64,000 nucleotides of DNA from Malacoraja senta (taxonomy: Eukaryota), in contig CM075988.1 in NCBI GenBank assembly GCA_038087875.1, forward strand, positions 16,990,001 through 17,054,000, written 5' to 3'. Of the stretch, positions 26,988 to 38,294 are shown piece after piece. A program made the position numbers and the translations under genes. The number at the start of each line of letters is the position of its first letter. Positions within the stretch are counted from its first letter, which is position 1. The notes under the pieces are model-generated. The model did no database searches. It saw only the letters and a list, made by a program, of their open reading frames with translations, and was not told the origin of the DNA.

Positions 26988-27137
26988 GTAGACAGAAAAT
27001 GCTGGAGGAACTCAGCTGGTGAGGCCCGAAACGTCACCTATTCCTTCTCTCCATAGATGCTGCCTCACCAGCTGAGTTTCTCCAGCATTTTTTGTCGACC
27101 TTTGATTTTTCCAGCATCTGCAGTTCTTTCTTAAACA
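26988..27137. mobile_element. Penelope-derived fold-back element
   Basis: Arms around cccgaaacgtcacc; TSD-like attattt(t)ggctttgg / attatttagcgttgg. Confidence 0.7.
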
Positions 27138-28073
27138 TTATTTAGCGTTGGATTCTTCTTGAAGCATTGAACTGATGTAGCTTGTTCTTTTACCGTTTCA
27201 AAGGTTGCCGGGAATGGGAAAAATAACGAACATAAACATAACCGGGTCGGTGTTGGCATAAATTACAGTTAACATGGGAATTGGGGATTGGGGTTCACAT
27301 GGGATATGGGGAGAAGGCAGGAACGGGGTACTGATTGGGGATGATCAGCCATGATCACATTGAATGGCGGTGCTGGCTCGAAGGGCCGAATGGGCTACTC
27401 CTGCACCTATTGTCTATTGTCTAATTGTAATTTGCTTAAAACTTGGACTGATTGCTGGTTAGGAGACAACCTGGACAGAGTCTAGACCTGGGGGAAAAAA
27501 GATCACGGGAATGCACATTGTCAATGGATTTCTACCTCTCCGATGCTGTGTGTGTTGGGAATAGTGTCTTTATTTTTGTTTTATTTATTTATTAGCATTT
27601 TTCTATTTCTTGCAATATTGTACACGTGTAGCTTTTGATTCTAAGTCACCGCTTTGGTGTTAAAGTTGTGTCATGATTTCCAATTCACTCATCATCGTTG
27701 AAAACATTAGCGACGCAGTGGCGCTGGTTTCCGACGGGCACAGTGACGGCCGCACCACAGATCTCTGTCCTCCATGGCAAGCTCCTCTACACATGCGTCT
27801 AGCATCAGCATCGTCTTGCTCAGGTCGGGGGGGGGGGGTGGGGGAGAGAGAGCTCCGCCCGCCACGGGTACCATGTAATCCCGTGCTACCTGCTTCATGG
27901 TCGGATAGTCGGCGACTAAACCGTCTCCCCCACCTTCGGTAGAAGTTGCGATCACTGTCGTACATAGCATTGTAAGGAACGGTGATGACTTCCAAGGAGT
28001 ATGCTAATATTTCCAGGGAATTCACAAATGGGAATTACTGTGCAGTCAATAGATATACATATGCAAGGTGATA

Positions 28074-28467
28074 TAAGGAACTGCAGATGCTGATTTACAA
28101 ACAAAGATAGTGCTGGAGTAAATCAGCGGTTCATGCAGCATCACGGGAGAAAATGGATGGATGCTGTGTCGGATTGGGACCCTTCTTCAGAATGATGGTG
28201 GTGGGGAAGGGGAGAAAGCTGGAAGAGCAGGACAAAGCCTGACGAGTGATAGGTGGATACAGGTGAGGGGGTGGGGGGAGATGATGGCCAGAGATGAAAG
28301 GAAAACAAGATTTGAAATAAGGATAGTACAAATTGTGAAGCCAGATGAAGGAAGCTAGGTGGAAGGGGAGGAGGAAGGGGAGAAATGGGCATGAGGCCAA
28401 GTGGTGCAAGGGGTTCTTTGTGGGTTAGTGTTCATACCACAAAGTTGCAAACTACACAGCCGGAATC
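28074..28467 (-). mobile_element. Penelope-like element 3' end fragment
   Basis: Minus-strand FRLCSLQLCGMNT resembles the PLE IFRLGSLQPxGMNI terminus; ends in the hammerhead-bearing repeat. Confidence 0.62.
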
Positions 28468-29073
28468 TTTCCTGCTGGGGTCACAGATGTAGTTCCATGT
28501 GTTTTGTTTTAATGAGCTGAGCCACAAGTCTATGACGGACAAATGTCATTGAGTTTACTTAAATATTTTTTTTTTAATGAATTCCATAACAAGACCAAGA
28601 TTAAAGAACATAACACTGGGCTTGTGGATAATGTTACATTCTGTTTCAACCGTACATAGATTCATTTTTTTTGTTTAAAGAACAAAATAATTATGTACAA
28701 ACAAGTGTTTATCTACAAATTATGGAATGTAAATTCTTGGCCAATGTAAATTACTTTCTTTTGGCTTTCCAGATGTTTGACACATGCAGATCTAGTCGGT
28801 GCTTTTTTTTGCAGATATAAAGATGCCAGCATATGTAACAATTCACATGACCATATTGGATGATGTACATCAAGTTCATATGTAACTTTTTAGAGGTGCT
28901 GATAAACCATAATGTGGCGCATAGCATCACACAAAACCCCCCCAGTAGATTTAATCACCTTAGAAGCACCCTATGGAGCCATTCACACAGACATTGAGCA
29001 CATCTCAACCTGAAGGGCAACTTTATTTACACAAAGGGTGGTAGGTATATTGAACTGGCTGTCAAAAGAGGTA

Positions 29074-29277
29074 TTTAAGAAGGAACTGCAGATGCTGGAA
29101 AATCGAAGTTCCTCTGCAGTTCTTTCTTAAACACTTTGTCTACTCCACTGCGAAATCTCCTCAAGGCATGCCTACTTTGAAGAAGTTCTCCTCCTCCCTC
29201 CGAAGACAGTTTTAACGTTGCCTATTTCCTTCGCTCCATAGATGCTGCTGCACCCGCTGAGTTTCTCCAGCACTTTT
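29074..29277. mobile_element. Rearranged Penelope-derived fold-back inserted in a CR1 fragment
   Basis: TSD tgtca(a/c)aagaggta; aaggaactgcagatgctgg terminus. Confidence 0.65.
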
Positions 29278-29869
29278 GTCACAAGAGGTAGTTGGGGTGT
29301 TTCTTCACTTCACAGATGCTGCTCGACCTGCTAAATTCCTCCAGCAATTTGTTTTTTTCCCCTCCTGCTCCAGACTCCAGCAAAATAACTTTGTTACATA
29401 AAACCTTCTGATGACAATGAACAAAACTGAGGATTATTACCTGGGACTAGTTCTTCTGTTAAACCATGATACCAGAAAATGTTCTCAATTCTGTGATCGT
29501 GCACTCAGTTCAGAACCCGACGTTTGTTTCAAGCAATTGTTATTGGATTCTAAGTAGTTTCCAATCCTATTCTCGTAATAATCAATGGAAAGATCTTTGG
29601 AAAGGTCCGATTAGCCAGTTCCAACTCGGTAAAAGGTGTTTTAGTTAGTTTGTATTGCAATATTGACAGATAGTACACTTATCTGCCTTGCTCTTTGAAG
29701 CATTTATCTAGTGCAGACAAATATACTTCAAGCAATTGCCTTCACTCACACGGCCTGAATAATCAATGCAAAGCTCTTCTTGAACTTGTCTTCTCAGCAC
29801 ACTGGGTGTGATAACTCCATGTTCCCATTTAACACAACCTTGTTCAATAAACATTTCATCGATTGTGTG

Positions 29870-30130
29870 TTTGTAGTACAGTCCCTTGCTTTCATCTGTC
29901 CATCCTTTTATATTTTCACCCTACAAACAGCTAAAAATGGCCTGTTTGCTTTATCATCATTACTTTTTTGCATATCTTTCATTCATTGTTCTTTATCTTT
30001 CCACATCACCGTCCAAATCTCTTGTTTCCCTTATCCCTAACCGGAAGAATGATCTCGACCCGAAAAGTCACCCTTTCCTTCTCTCCAGAGATGCTGCCTA
30101 TTCCGCTGTTACTCCAGCTTTTTGTGTCTC
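29870..30130 (+). mobile_element. Penelope-like 3' UTR fragment ending in a degenerate hammerhead repeat
   Basis: Pyrimidine-rich UTR, then ggaagaatgatctcgacccgaaaagtcacc. Confidence 0.55.
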
Positions 30131-30201
30131 TCATCCTTTTAAGAATTTCTTTACACATTGTAGAACAACATTTTTTTGTCATCGAATCATAGGTCAGTCT
30201 C

Positions 30202-30343
30202 TCTTCTTCTTCTTGCGTGTGGCGTGCACAGCCTAAAGTTGTAGGACAACTTGTTCTATTTGATCTTATTTGATTGTGCACGCCAGGTTGATTACATTCG
30301 TTGAAACAGGGCGGGCCACGTGAAGATTGCAATCTTCCACCCC
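30202..30343 (-). mobile_element. Second copy of the HDV-ribozyme SINE-like element
   Basis: Same 5' start GGGGTGGAAGATTGCA; ggtcagtctc / ggtcagcctc TSD; P3 partly degraded (AUC/GGC). Confidence 0.85.
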
Positions 30344-30531
30344 AGGGTCAGCCTCACACAGCAGAGACAAAGGCCCTGCAGTCCATTGTATATGTGCTGA
30401 TCATTAAGTACTTGTCCACATTAATTCCGTTTACTAGCACTTGATTCATAGCCATCCATGCTTTAGTGATTCAAGAGTTTCTGCCTCCACCACCCACTCA
30501 GGCAATGTGTACCAGATGTTACAGTGTGCCT

Positions 30532-30692
30532 GTCTTAAGATAGGGTCTCAACCCGAATCATTGTCTGAAGAAGGGTGTCGACCCGAAACGTCACCCATTC
30601 CTTCTCTCCAGAGATGCTGCCTGAACCGCTGAGTTACTCCAGCTTTTTGTGTCTATTTTAGGATTAAACCAACATCAGCAGTTCCTTCCTTC
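30532..30692 (+). mobile_element. Penelope-derived terminal fragment with a hammerhead motif (30565-30592), preceded by a degenerate tandem copy (30532-30559)
   Basis: gtctgaagaagggtgtcgacccgaaacgtcac; the upstream copy reads gtcttaagatagggtctcaacccgaatc. Confidence 0.72.
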
Positions 30693-31777
30693 TCATTGTA
30701 CGTCCATTCCTTCCACAGATGCTGCCTGATCCACAGGGTTTCTCCAGCACTTTGCAATTTTAAAAAGTCCAAAGTGTCTGCTTCCATTTTGAATCAGGAG
30801 AGCCGGTAGGCTTTTTTTTTTAAAAGAAGTTCTCCATAATCACAGAAGACAACCTCCATTTAATCTCACGCAAGTCAAATATTGCCCAATATGTAATTTA
30901 GATTAGGAGTCAACAACATCGCCTGGCCAGGCTGACCCCCGCAACTCCGACCCAGTGCCACCACCAGGACAATAGGCCTTTATGGCCAAGTTAAGACCCT
31001 ACATTTTTAACAACTTTGGACTTGAATCATACAAAATGGTGGCAGAAACATGGGGATGCATATGCTGTCTCAGTGTAACCTACTGTTCCTGCACTCTTGC
31101 CCCAAGTATGTTGTGCCTATGTATAGCAAAGGTTTTCCCGAACTGTATGGGGAAAATAAGTAATTTCACTGTACTAGGTACATGTGACCATAAAGTGCCG
31201 TTAAACCAACAATACGGACAGTGTTGAAACCCTCATACAACGGGCGTAACTGCACACTGACTATGCTTTCCCAATGGACCTATAAGATTGACATCTAGCT
31301 AGTAATTTAGCAAATTGTGCAGCTGTGTCTTTAGAACAAAATGAAACAATAAATGCAATCTGGCCAATTTCTGCATAGTCTGATTTCAAAATGATGAGCA
31401 TGTCATTGGTGGTAGTAAGACACACTTACTCTCCAATGACCTTCCCAGCGACACCCAATATAGATCCAACTAGAAATTACACAACTCCAGACTTCATTAA
31501 AACCTTAGCTCGATCAGACTGGATTCAAATTACAAAGGAAAGAGGATCTGACTACACTGAATATTCTTAGAATCATAGAAATAAATTATCTGGGCCAGTG
31601 CATCCTTACTGGCTAGAAAAGTTGCTGTCTCTTTCAGTAACTTACAAGTCTTTCAGTGCAGAACAGGAAACATGTTAAAAAGTAATGAGGGCTTCTGCAA
31701 ATAAAAACTGCTGGAGGAAATCAGTGGGTCAAGCAGGCAGCATCGATGGAAGAAACAGACAGATGGTGTTTTGAGTG

Positions 31778-31965
31778 GTGGTATGAATATTGATTTCTCC
31801 AATTTCAAGTAACCCTTGCATTCCCTCTCTCTCTCTGTCTCTCCGCCACCCTAGTCATCTTTCTAGTTTCACTGTTCATATCCCTCCGTAATCACCTCTT
31901 CCACAGCCAGCAATGCACCATTGTGGGCTCCACCTTTCCCGAGTCATTGACGCCAGGTCTGATTT
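31778..31965 (+). mobile_element. Penelope-like element ORF end (GMNIDFSNFK*) and 3' UTR
   Basis: ggtatgaatattgatttctccaatttcaagtaa, followed by a UTR similar to the 11560-11740 minus copy. Confidence 0.68.
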
Positions 31966-33693
31966 AGTTTAGTTTATCTTAGAGATACAGCACGGAAACA
32001 GGCCCTTCGGTCCGCGCTGACCAGCGATCCCCACACATTAACACTATCCTACACCCACTAGGGACAATTTTTACATTTACCAAGCCAATTAACCTACAAA
32101 CCTGTACGTCTTTGGAGTGTGGGGGGAAACCCAAGATCTCGGAGAAGACCCACGCAGGTCACGGAGAGAACGTACAAACAGCATCCGTAGTCAGGATCGA
32201 ACAGGGGTCTCTGGCGCAGCAAAGGCAGCATCTCTACCGCTGCGCCAGCGTGACTGCAGTAGAGTTGCTGCCGTAGAGACCCAGTATTGTCTGTTACAAA
32301 GCTGGCCTTTGGATTCTAAATTGATTACTACTTGTAACGTACATTAGAACTATTCTAAACACTGGTTCTTATTTGAATTAATGCCTACAACCTAATTTGA
32401 TGACTCCTGCACAATTCCTAAAACCTTCTGCCACATGAACTCAATTAGTCTCACCTAATATGAGCTACCCCTTCGTTCTGCCCATTCCATGCCCTACCTG
32501 AAGAAGGGTCTCGACCCGAAACATCACCCATTCCTGTCCAGAGATGCTGCCTGCCCCGCTGAATTACTCCAGCTTTTTGTGTCCATCTTGTTTAAACCAG
32601 CATCTGCACTTCCTTCCTACCCATCCCCTACCTTCTCCCTTACAGAAAACGACATTGTTTTCTCACTTTCCTTTTTCTGAAGAAGGCTTTTAGACATTAA
32701 CCTCATTTATTTTTTCCACAGATGCTGCCTGACCTTCTGCAGTTTTCCAATATTTTCTGCATGTATACCATATATAATGTCAATACAGTTGTAGCATCCA
32801 GCATTGTGACTGTACTAAGGCTCAGAATAACGACAGTGCATTCACATTTCCTTGCCTTCACAATCACTGTCAGTGTTTTTATTTTGCATGGTTGCAATCC
32901 ATTTCCATCTACTGTTCGCCCAGAATACGTAATCACTTTCTGCATAATCCTTCTTTTAGATTTTACATTGTTTTTCTGTCACAGCCTGAACACTTCTCAG
33001 AACTGAACATTTTCTGAGGCACATGTGGTTATTAGTGCATCATGTTGATTGATTAGACAATGAGCCATATCTTGTGACATCCTGAAATATCTTCAGTGGT
33101 GATTTCATCCCACGAGGTAGCTTTGTGTATGAATAAAGACTTGTGTATTACTTATCAAACTATGTTGACTTTCCATATCCATATTCAGCTGAGCCCACGC
33201 ATGTGATGGATTAAATTTGAAAACCTTTGCTTCTGCCAACTCTGCAAATGGATTCTGTAAAATAGATAATAGTTACTGCTCTTCATTGTTTAGTTCATCG
33301 TCATCTTGTAAACATCACACTGTCGAATGGTCTTGCCTATTTCTGACACAATTACAATTGGTGTTGCCTAATCACCATCTTGAGTTGTAGTATATAGAAC
33401 AGCAGTAGGCCCTTCGGCCCACAATATCTGTGCTGACTGTAATGCCACTTTGCACGTGCCTGTCTAAATGCCTCTTAAATGTTGCTATCATATGGGCTTC
33501 CATCACCTTCCCCAAAAGTCTGTTCTTGGCATCCATCCCTCTGTGTAAAAACACTTGCTTCATAAATCTCATAAACTTTGGCATGGGCAAGTTGGACCAA
33601 TGGGCCTGTTTCTACACTGAATGACTCTATAAACTTTCCCTCTCTGACAAGACGATGCCCTCTAGTATCTGACTGGAACTCGAAGCCACTCTT

Positions 33694-33896
33694 GTGTAGG
33701 AAGGAACTGCAGATGCTGGTTTAAACCGAATATAGACACAAAATGCTGGAGTAATTCAGAGGGACAGGCAGCATCTCTGGAGAGAAGGAATGGGTGACGT
33801 TCGGCTCTGAAGAAGGGTCTCGACCCGAAACGTCACCCATTCCTTCTCTCCAGAGATGCTGCCTGTCCCGCTGAGTTACTCCAGTATTTTGTGTCT
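33694..33896. mobile_element. Penelope-derived fold-back element with an intact minimal hammerhead motif at its centre
   Basis: Inverted arms ~33733-33803 and ~33825-33897; CTGAAGA-A-GGGTC-TC-GACCC-GAAA-CGTC at 33807-33834; TSD aagccactctt / aagtcactctt. Confidence 0.8.
33805..33837 (+). ncRNA. Minimal type I hammerhead ribozyme motif (Penelope-type)
   Basis: CUGANGA core, 5-bp stem II, GAAA, palindromic ACGU in place of stem III, UC cleavage site at 33833-33834. Confidence 0.72.
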
Positions 33897-35857
33897 AAGT
33901 CACTCTTCCTTCATGTAATTCTTCAGTGTATCTGTGGAGGGGTGACCCTTACATTCCAAACTGGTTTTGGACCAATCTTAAAATCGACATGGGCATTATA
34001 ATCTGTAATACCAGTGTTAGTATCCTTGGACATTTTGCATACTCTCTCAACAGTTTAGTTTAGAGATACAGCACGGAAACAGGCCCTTCGGCCCGAGTCC
34101 ACGTCTACTAGCGATCCCTGCATTCTAACACCATCCTACACTCGAGGGACTATTTACATTTATACCAAGCCAATTAGCCTACAAACCTGTCGGTCTTTGG
34201 AGTTTGGGAGGAAACCGGAGATCCCAAAGAAAACTCATGCAGGTCACGGGAGAACGTACAAACTCCGTACAGACAGCACCCTTGGTCAGCATCGAACCAG
34301 GGTCTTTGGCGTTGTAAGGCAGCAACTCTACCGCATACGCCACCGTGCCTCCCCATTTTGATATTAAAACTTCCTGCTGAATCCTTGTGTGCTTCAATTT
34401 CCTAAGATGCTTTTGTCCAGCGTTGCTCAATTAATATAATCAGCTCAAACCACTGAGAGGTCTAGCTACCGACTGTTGTGACTCACTAAATATTTAATCC
34501 CGTCTTAAGTCTGCAATGCTTCCAATGATCATGTTTTCAGGTTCACTCTACTCTTTGCTGGAATTGACATAGTCTTGTGTCATTTTGCATAATTGAGAAA
34601 AAGAAACTGCTGCCATCTTGATGTACTGACCAATTAACCACACTTTATCTTCAATTGTTATGCTTTCTGCCATTGCCTCCAGGTATAATTCTGAATGCGT
34701 AAGCACAATTCTAAATTGTCCATTGGTCACATTAGCTGTAGTATTGTGTAAACTGTCCTCCTGTGGCTTTTGGCACTGAATATCTGCCCTCTATGAGGAA
34801 CTCACACCACTGGAATTGGTTTGGTTAACTACCCTGACTCTAGGTGCATGCTGTGAGCAAGTGCTTGTTTTCCAATAATTAATTCACACAGAGGGTGGTG
34901 GCTATCTTCAATGAGTTAACCCTGGATGTGGTAAAGGCAGATACAACATTTAAATGACATTTCAATAGCAAAGGAGTAAAGGGATGGGGGCCAACGCAGG
35001 TAATTGATATTAGTGTAGATTGGCATTGTGGCCAGTATTGGATGAAGTGGGCTGAAGGGCCCATTTGTGCTGATCATTCTGTGAAAACACTTTGCTATTT
35101 TGAATTGACACATGTATGAAGGACAGCTTCTGTTACATCTTAAACAGCAACTCCCATCAATGTTAGCCATGGGTTTCAGATTCTGCATTAGAATATCCTT
35201 CTCAACCACCCGAAAACGATGGAATGTAGTTATATTGGATGAAATTCTTTGACATTTCTAACATTATCACCATGAGAAACACAGACTTTGGCACACAAGA
35301 TGGGTGAATCTGTTCAATAACCATTTGAATTTGCTCAATAAAAGCACAAACAAACTTGATGTAACAGGTGGTCTGAGAAAGACCTAACCAGGACTACAAT
35401 GGCAAGGCTGCTCTGCCAACATGCATTGCCCAACATCTACACTCTAGCTGAAGAGGTAGCAATCACCTGGACTTCTGGCACTTTCGAATCGAATTGCTGT
35501 TGTAACTTCAACTCATCACTTTCACTTTCCATGGCGTTGGAAGTTCATTAACATCATCTCTCTTTTTCAGAAGTCACTTCAGTTAGAAGGATGACTCACT
35601 TGCATTTACTGAGTAACATCATATTCTGCAGACAAATTTGCATCACTGACAATTTTCACTTTTATAATCACATTTTAAAACATGTCTGTGTCACCGTCAG
35701 ATAAACTGAAAGGCGTGCGCACCCAATCATACACATGTCGTCGAGTTTGTCTATTGTCATATGCGCAAGCACACAGAGGTACACGTACAATGGGAATCTT
35801 GCTTGCAGCAGCATCACGGGTACATAGACTCAGACAACACACGAAACTGAGCTCTTG

Positions 35858-36520
35858 GCAGAGGTTGAGCAGGCTAGGACTCTATTCTGTGGAGCGTAGG
35901 AGGATGAGGGGCGATTTTATAGAGGTATACAAAATCATGAGAGGAATAGATTGGGTAGACGCACAGAGCCTCTTGCCCAGAGTAGGGAAATCGAGAACCA
36001 GAGGATTTAATAGGAACCCGAGGGGTAGCTTTTTCCACACAAAAGGTGTGGTGGGTGTATGGAACGAGCTGCTGGAGGAGTTAGTTGAGGCAGGTAGTAA
36101 CACAACGCTGAAGAAACATTTAGACAGGTACATGGATAGGACAGGCTTAGAGGGATATGGGCCAACCACAGGCAGGAGGGACTAGTGTAGATGGGTGCTG
36201 CTCTGCATTTACACATGGGTTAACCGCACCACACCATGTACACCAACAAGCTGGGACATAGTTTAAATTACATTGTGAAAAAGCTAGGAAAGTCTCAAAA
36301 ATGTGCTACCAAAAATAGCTCTGTAAGTGCAGTGGAGGCCAAATCACTGGATGGATTTAAGAGAGAGTTAGATAGAGCTCTAGGGGCTGGTGGAATCAAG
36401 GGATATGGGGGAAAAGGCAGGCATGGGTTATTGATTGGAGACGATCAGCCATGATCACAATGAATGGCGGTGCTGGCTCGAAGGGCCAAATGGCCTCCTC
36501 CTGCACCTAGTTTCTATGTA
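35858..36520 (+). mobile_element. Two CR1 3' fragments (35858-36195, 36327-36520). Short ones also at 395-530, 13090-13270, 26335-26640, 27300-27422, 55155-55395
   Basis: CR1 ORF ends and 3' UTR motifs. Confidence 0.8.
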
Positions 36521-37199
36521 ACTATAGGAAATGAAGCAGCTATTGATGAATTATGTAACCAATTAGATTTGCAATAGAGTTCTGATTTGGAAAATTATTG
36601 AAATTAATAAATAAAATTAAGCACCAATATTTAAATCTCATGTTATACCATGTCCAAACACATATTACTAATATCATTGAGGGAAGGGAATGTGCTAGCC
36701 TTTCTTGGCCTGGTCTATTTGTGATTTTGACCCAGCGACGTGATCACCCTCCTCAGTTCAATGGTAATCAGGACAGGACAATAAATGTCAGTAATCATAT
36801 TCACATTTCAAATGAATGGAATAAGAACTCTGGAGTGCATTAAATAGTAAAAGAATCAAAAACAGTAACTTGCCAACGCCAACAATGAACAGGAAGGTGG
36901 TCACTTGCGTTTCATGGACACCAAAGCCATGAGGCTTTATCACACCACAGAAATGAAATCACTTGGCTCATTGTCTAATTCCATTTCAACTTGAATTAGT
37001 GACAAATACAGACTATCTTTAATGTTTCGTCGCATTCCATTCAATATCACAATGCTCTAATCAGTAGGCCAGCACACAGGAAGAAGATTCAATGCATGGT
37101 CACAGAATGGATGGTGAGCGTCTACGTTGAGATGTTCATCTCAGTAACATGAGAGGAAGTTAAACATTTCACCCCATTCAGCGCTTGCAGTCAGAGAGC

Positions 37200-38070
37200 A
37201 GGTGGAAGTCAGTTTTGAAATGGTTAGCAGTTCTGAACTAAAACCCAGACGTTGGAAAGATGTACCTGGCAAAAGTAGGAAACAACAAATGCATCCAAAT
37301 TGAAACTAATTATGTTTGATGAGGAAACTGTGATTTCCCCCCCAGCTATACATATCCCTTTATATTCCCGAAAGGCTTTGTCTGATTTCATCTTCCTAAA
37401 CCTTGCATATGGTTCTTTTTTCCCCACTTTTGACCAAATTTACAACCTCTCTGGTCATCCAAGGTCCTCTTACCTTGCCGTCCTTGTCCCTCCTTACTGG
37501 AACATGTTGGTCCTGAACTCTGCTCAACTAGTTTTTAAATGACTCCCACATGTCTGATTTGGAATTGCCCAATAAACAGCTGCTCCCAATTTAAGGGCCT
37601 GTCCCACGAGCATGCGACTGCATGCGGCAAGCCGACCTAACGTGGTCGCTTGAGCCGTACGGCCTCGCGGGGCCGGTCCCACTTCGATCGCCGGAGCCGT
37701 ATGGAGTTGTGCGGAGCAGGTCCTGACATCGCGCGGGGCTCCGAAAAACTGACTGTTCAAAAATTCCGCGCCGCAACGGCCTGCCGGCCCGCAGCCGCTT
37801 TGAAGCCTTACGCACCACCTCGACGCCGAACTTCCCGCGGACTTCGCTCGAACTTCACGTCAACTTGTACGGGATCACTCGACCTCCGCGCGGCCCCCAC
37901 TTCCGGTTTGGTCGCGCTTGCCGCATGCAGTTGCATGCTCGTGGGACAGGCCCTTTACTCTTTGCAAATTTACTAATCAGGTCTTGTACATTCTCATGCA
38001 AATCATTGATATAAACAACAAACGACGATGGGCCCAGCACCGTTTCCTGAGGAACACTAGACACAGGCCT
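37200..38070 (-). mobile_element. Old CR1 internal fragment(s) hosting the MITE at 37594
   Basis: Minus-strand VPQETVLGPSSFVVYINDL...ISKFA RT motif. Confidence 0.7.
37594..37954. mobile_element. PIF/Harbinger-type MITE
   Basis: TIR agggcctgtcccacgagcatgc / gcatgctcgtgggacaggccct; perfect TTA TSD; inserted in a CR1 fragment. Confidence 0.9.
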
Positions 38071-38123
38071 TCAGTCCTGGTGGGCATGTCCCACTGCCTA
38101 GCTTTTAGCAACACTACACAACC

Positions 38124-38268
38124 TTCTTCTTCTCTTCTTGCGTATGGCGTGCACAGCCTAAAGTTGTAGGACATCTTGTTCTATTTGATCTTATTTGATT
38201 GTGTACGCCAGGTTGATTGCATTCGTCGAAACAGGGTGGACCACGTGAAAGTTGCAATCTTCCACCCC
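38124..38268 (-). mobile_element. ~145-nt SINE-like element with a 5' HDV-like ribozyme fold and an (AGA)n tail (best copy)
   Basis: Homologous to the copies at 30202 and 25552; flanked by cactacacaacc / cacaacacaatc TSD-like repeats. Confidence 0.85.
38215..38268 (-). ncRNA. Minimal HDV/CPEB3-like self-cleaving ribozyme (predicted), 54 nt
   Basis: GGGGUGG(P1) AA GAUUGCA(P2) ACU(P3) UUCACGU(L3) GGU(P3') CCACCCU(P1') GU UUCGA CGAA(J4/2) UGCAAUC(P2'); G1-U wobble at the cleavage site. Confidence 0.8.
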
Positions 38269-38294
38269 TCACAACACAATCAAAGAGGCATAAC

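Noticed and set aside
37524..37976. Overlapping GC-rich ORFs
   Set aside because: They lie within a MITE with TTA TSDs.
38221..38250. Hammerhead reading of gtcgaaac on the plus strand
   Set aside because: There is no CUGANGA core; the opposite strand fits an HDV-like fold completely.
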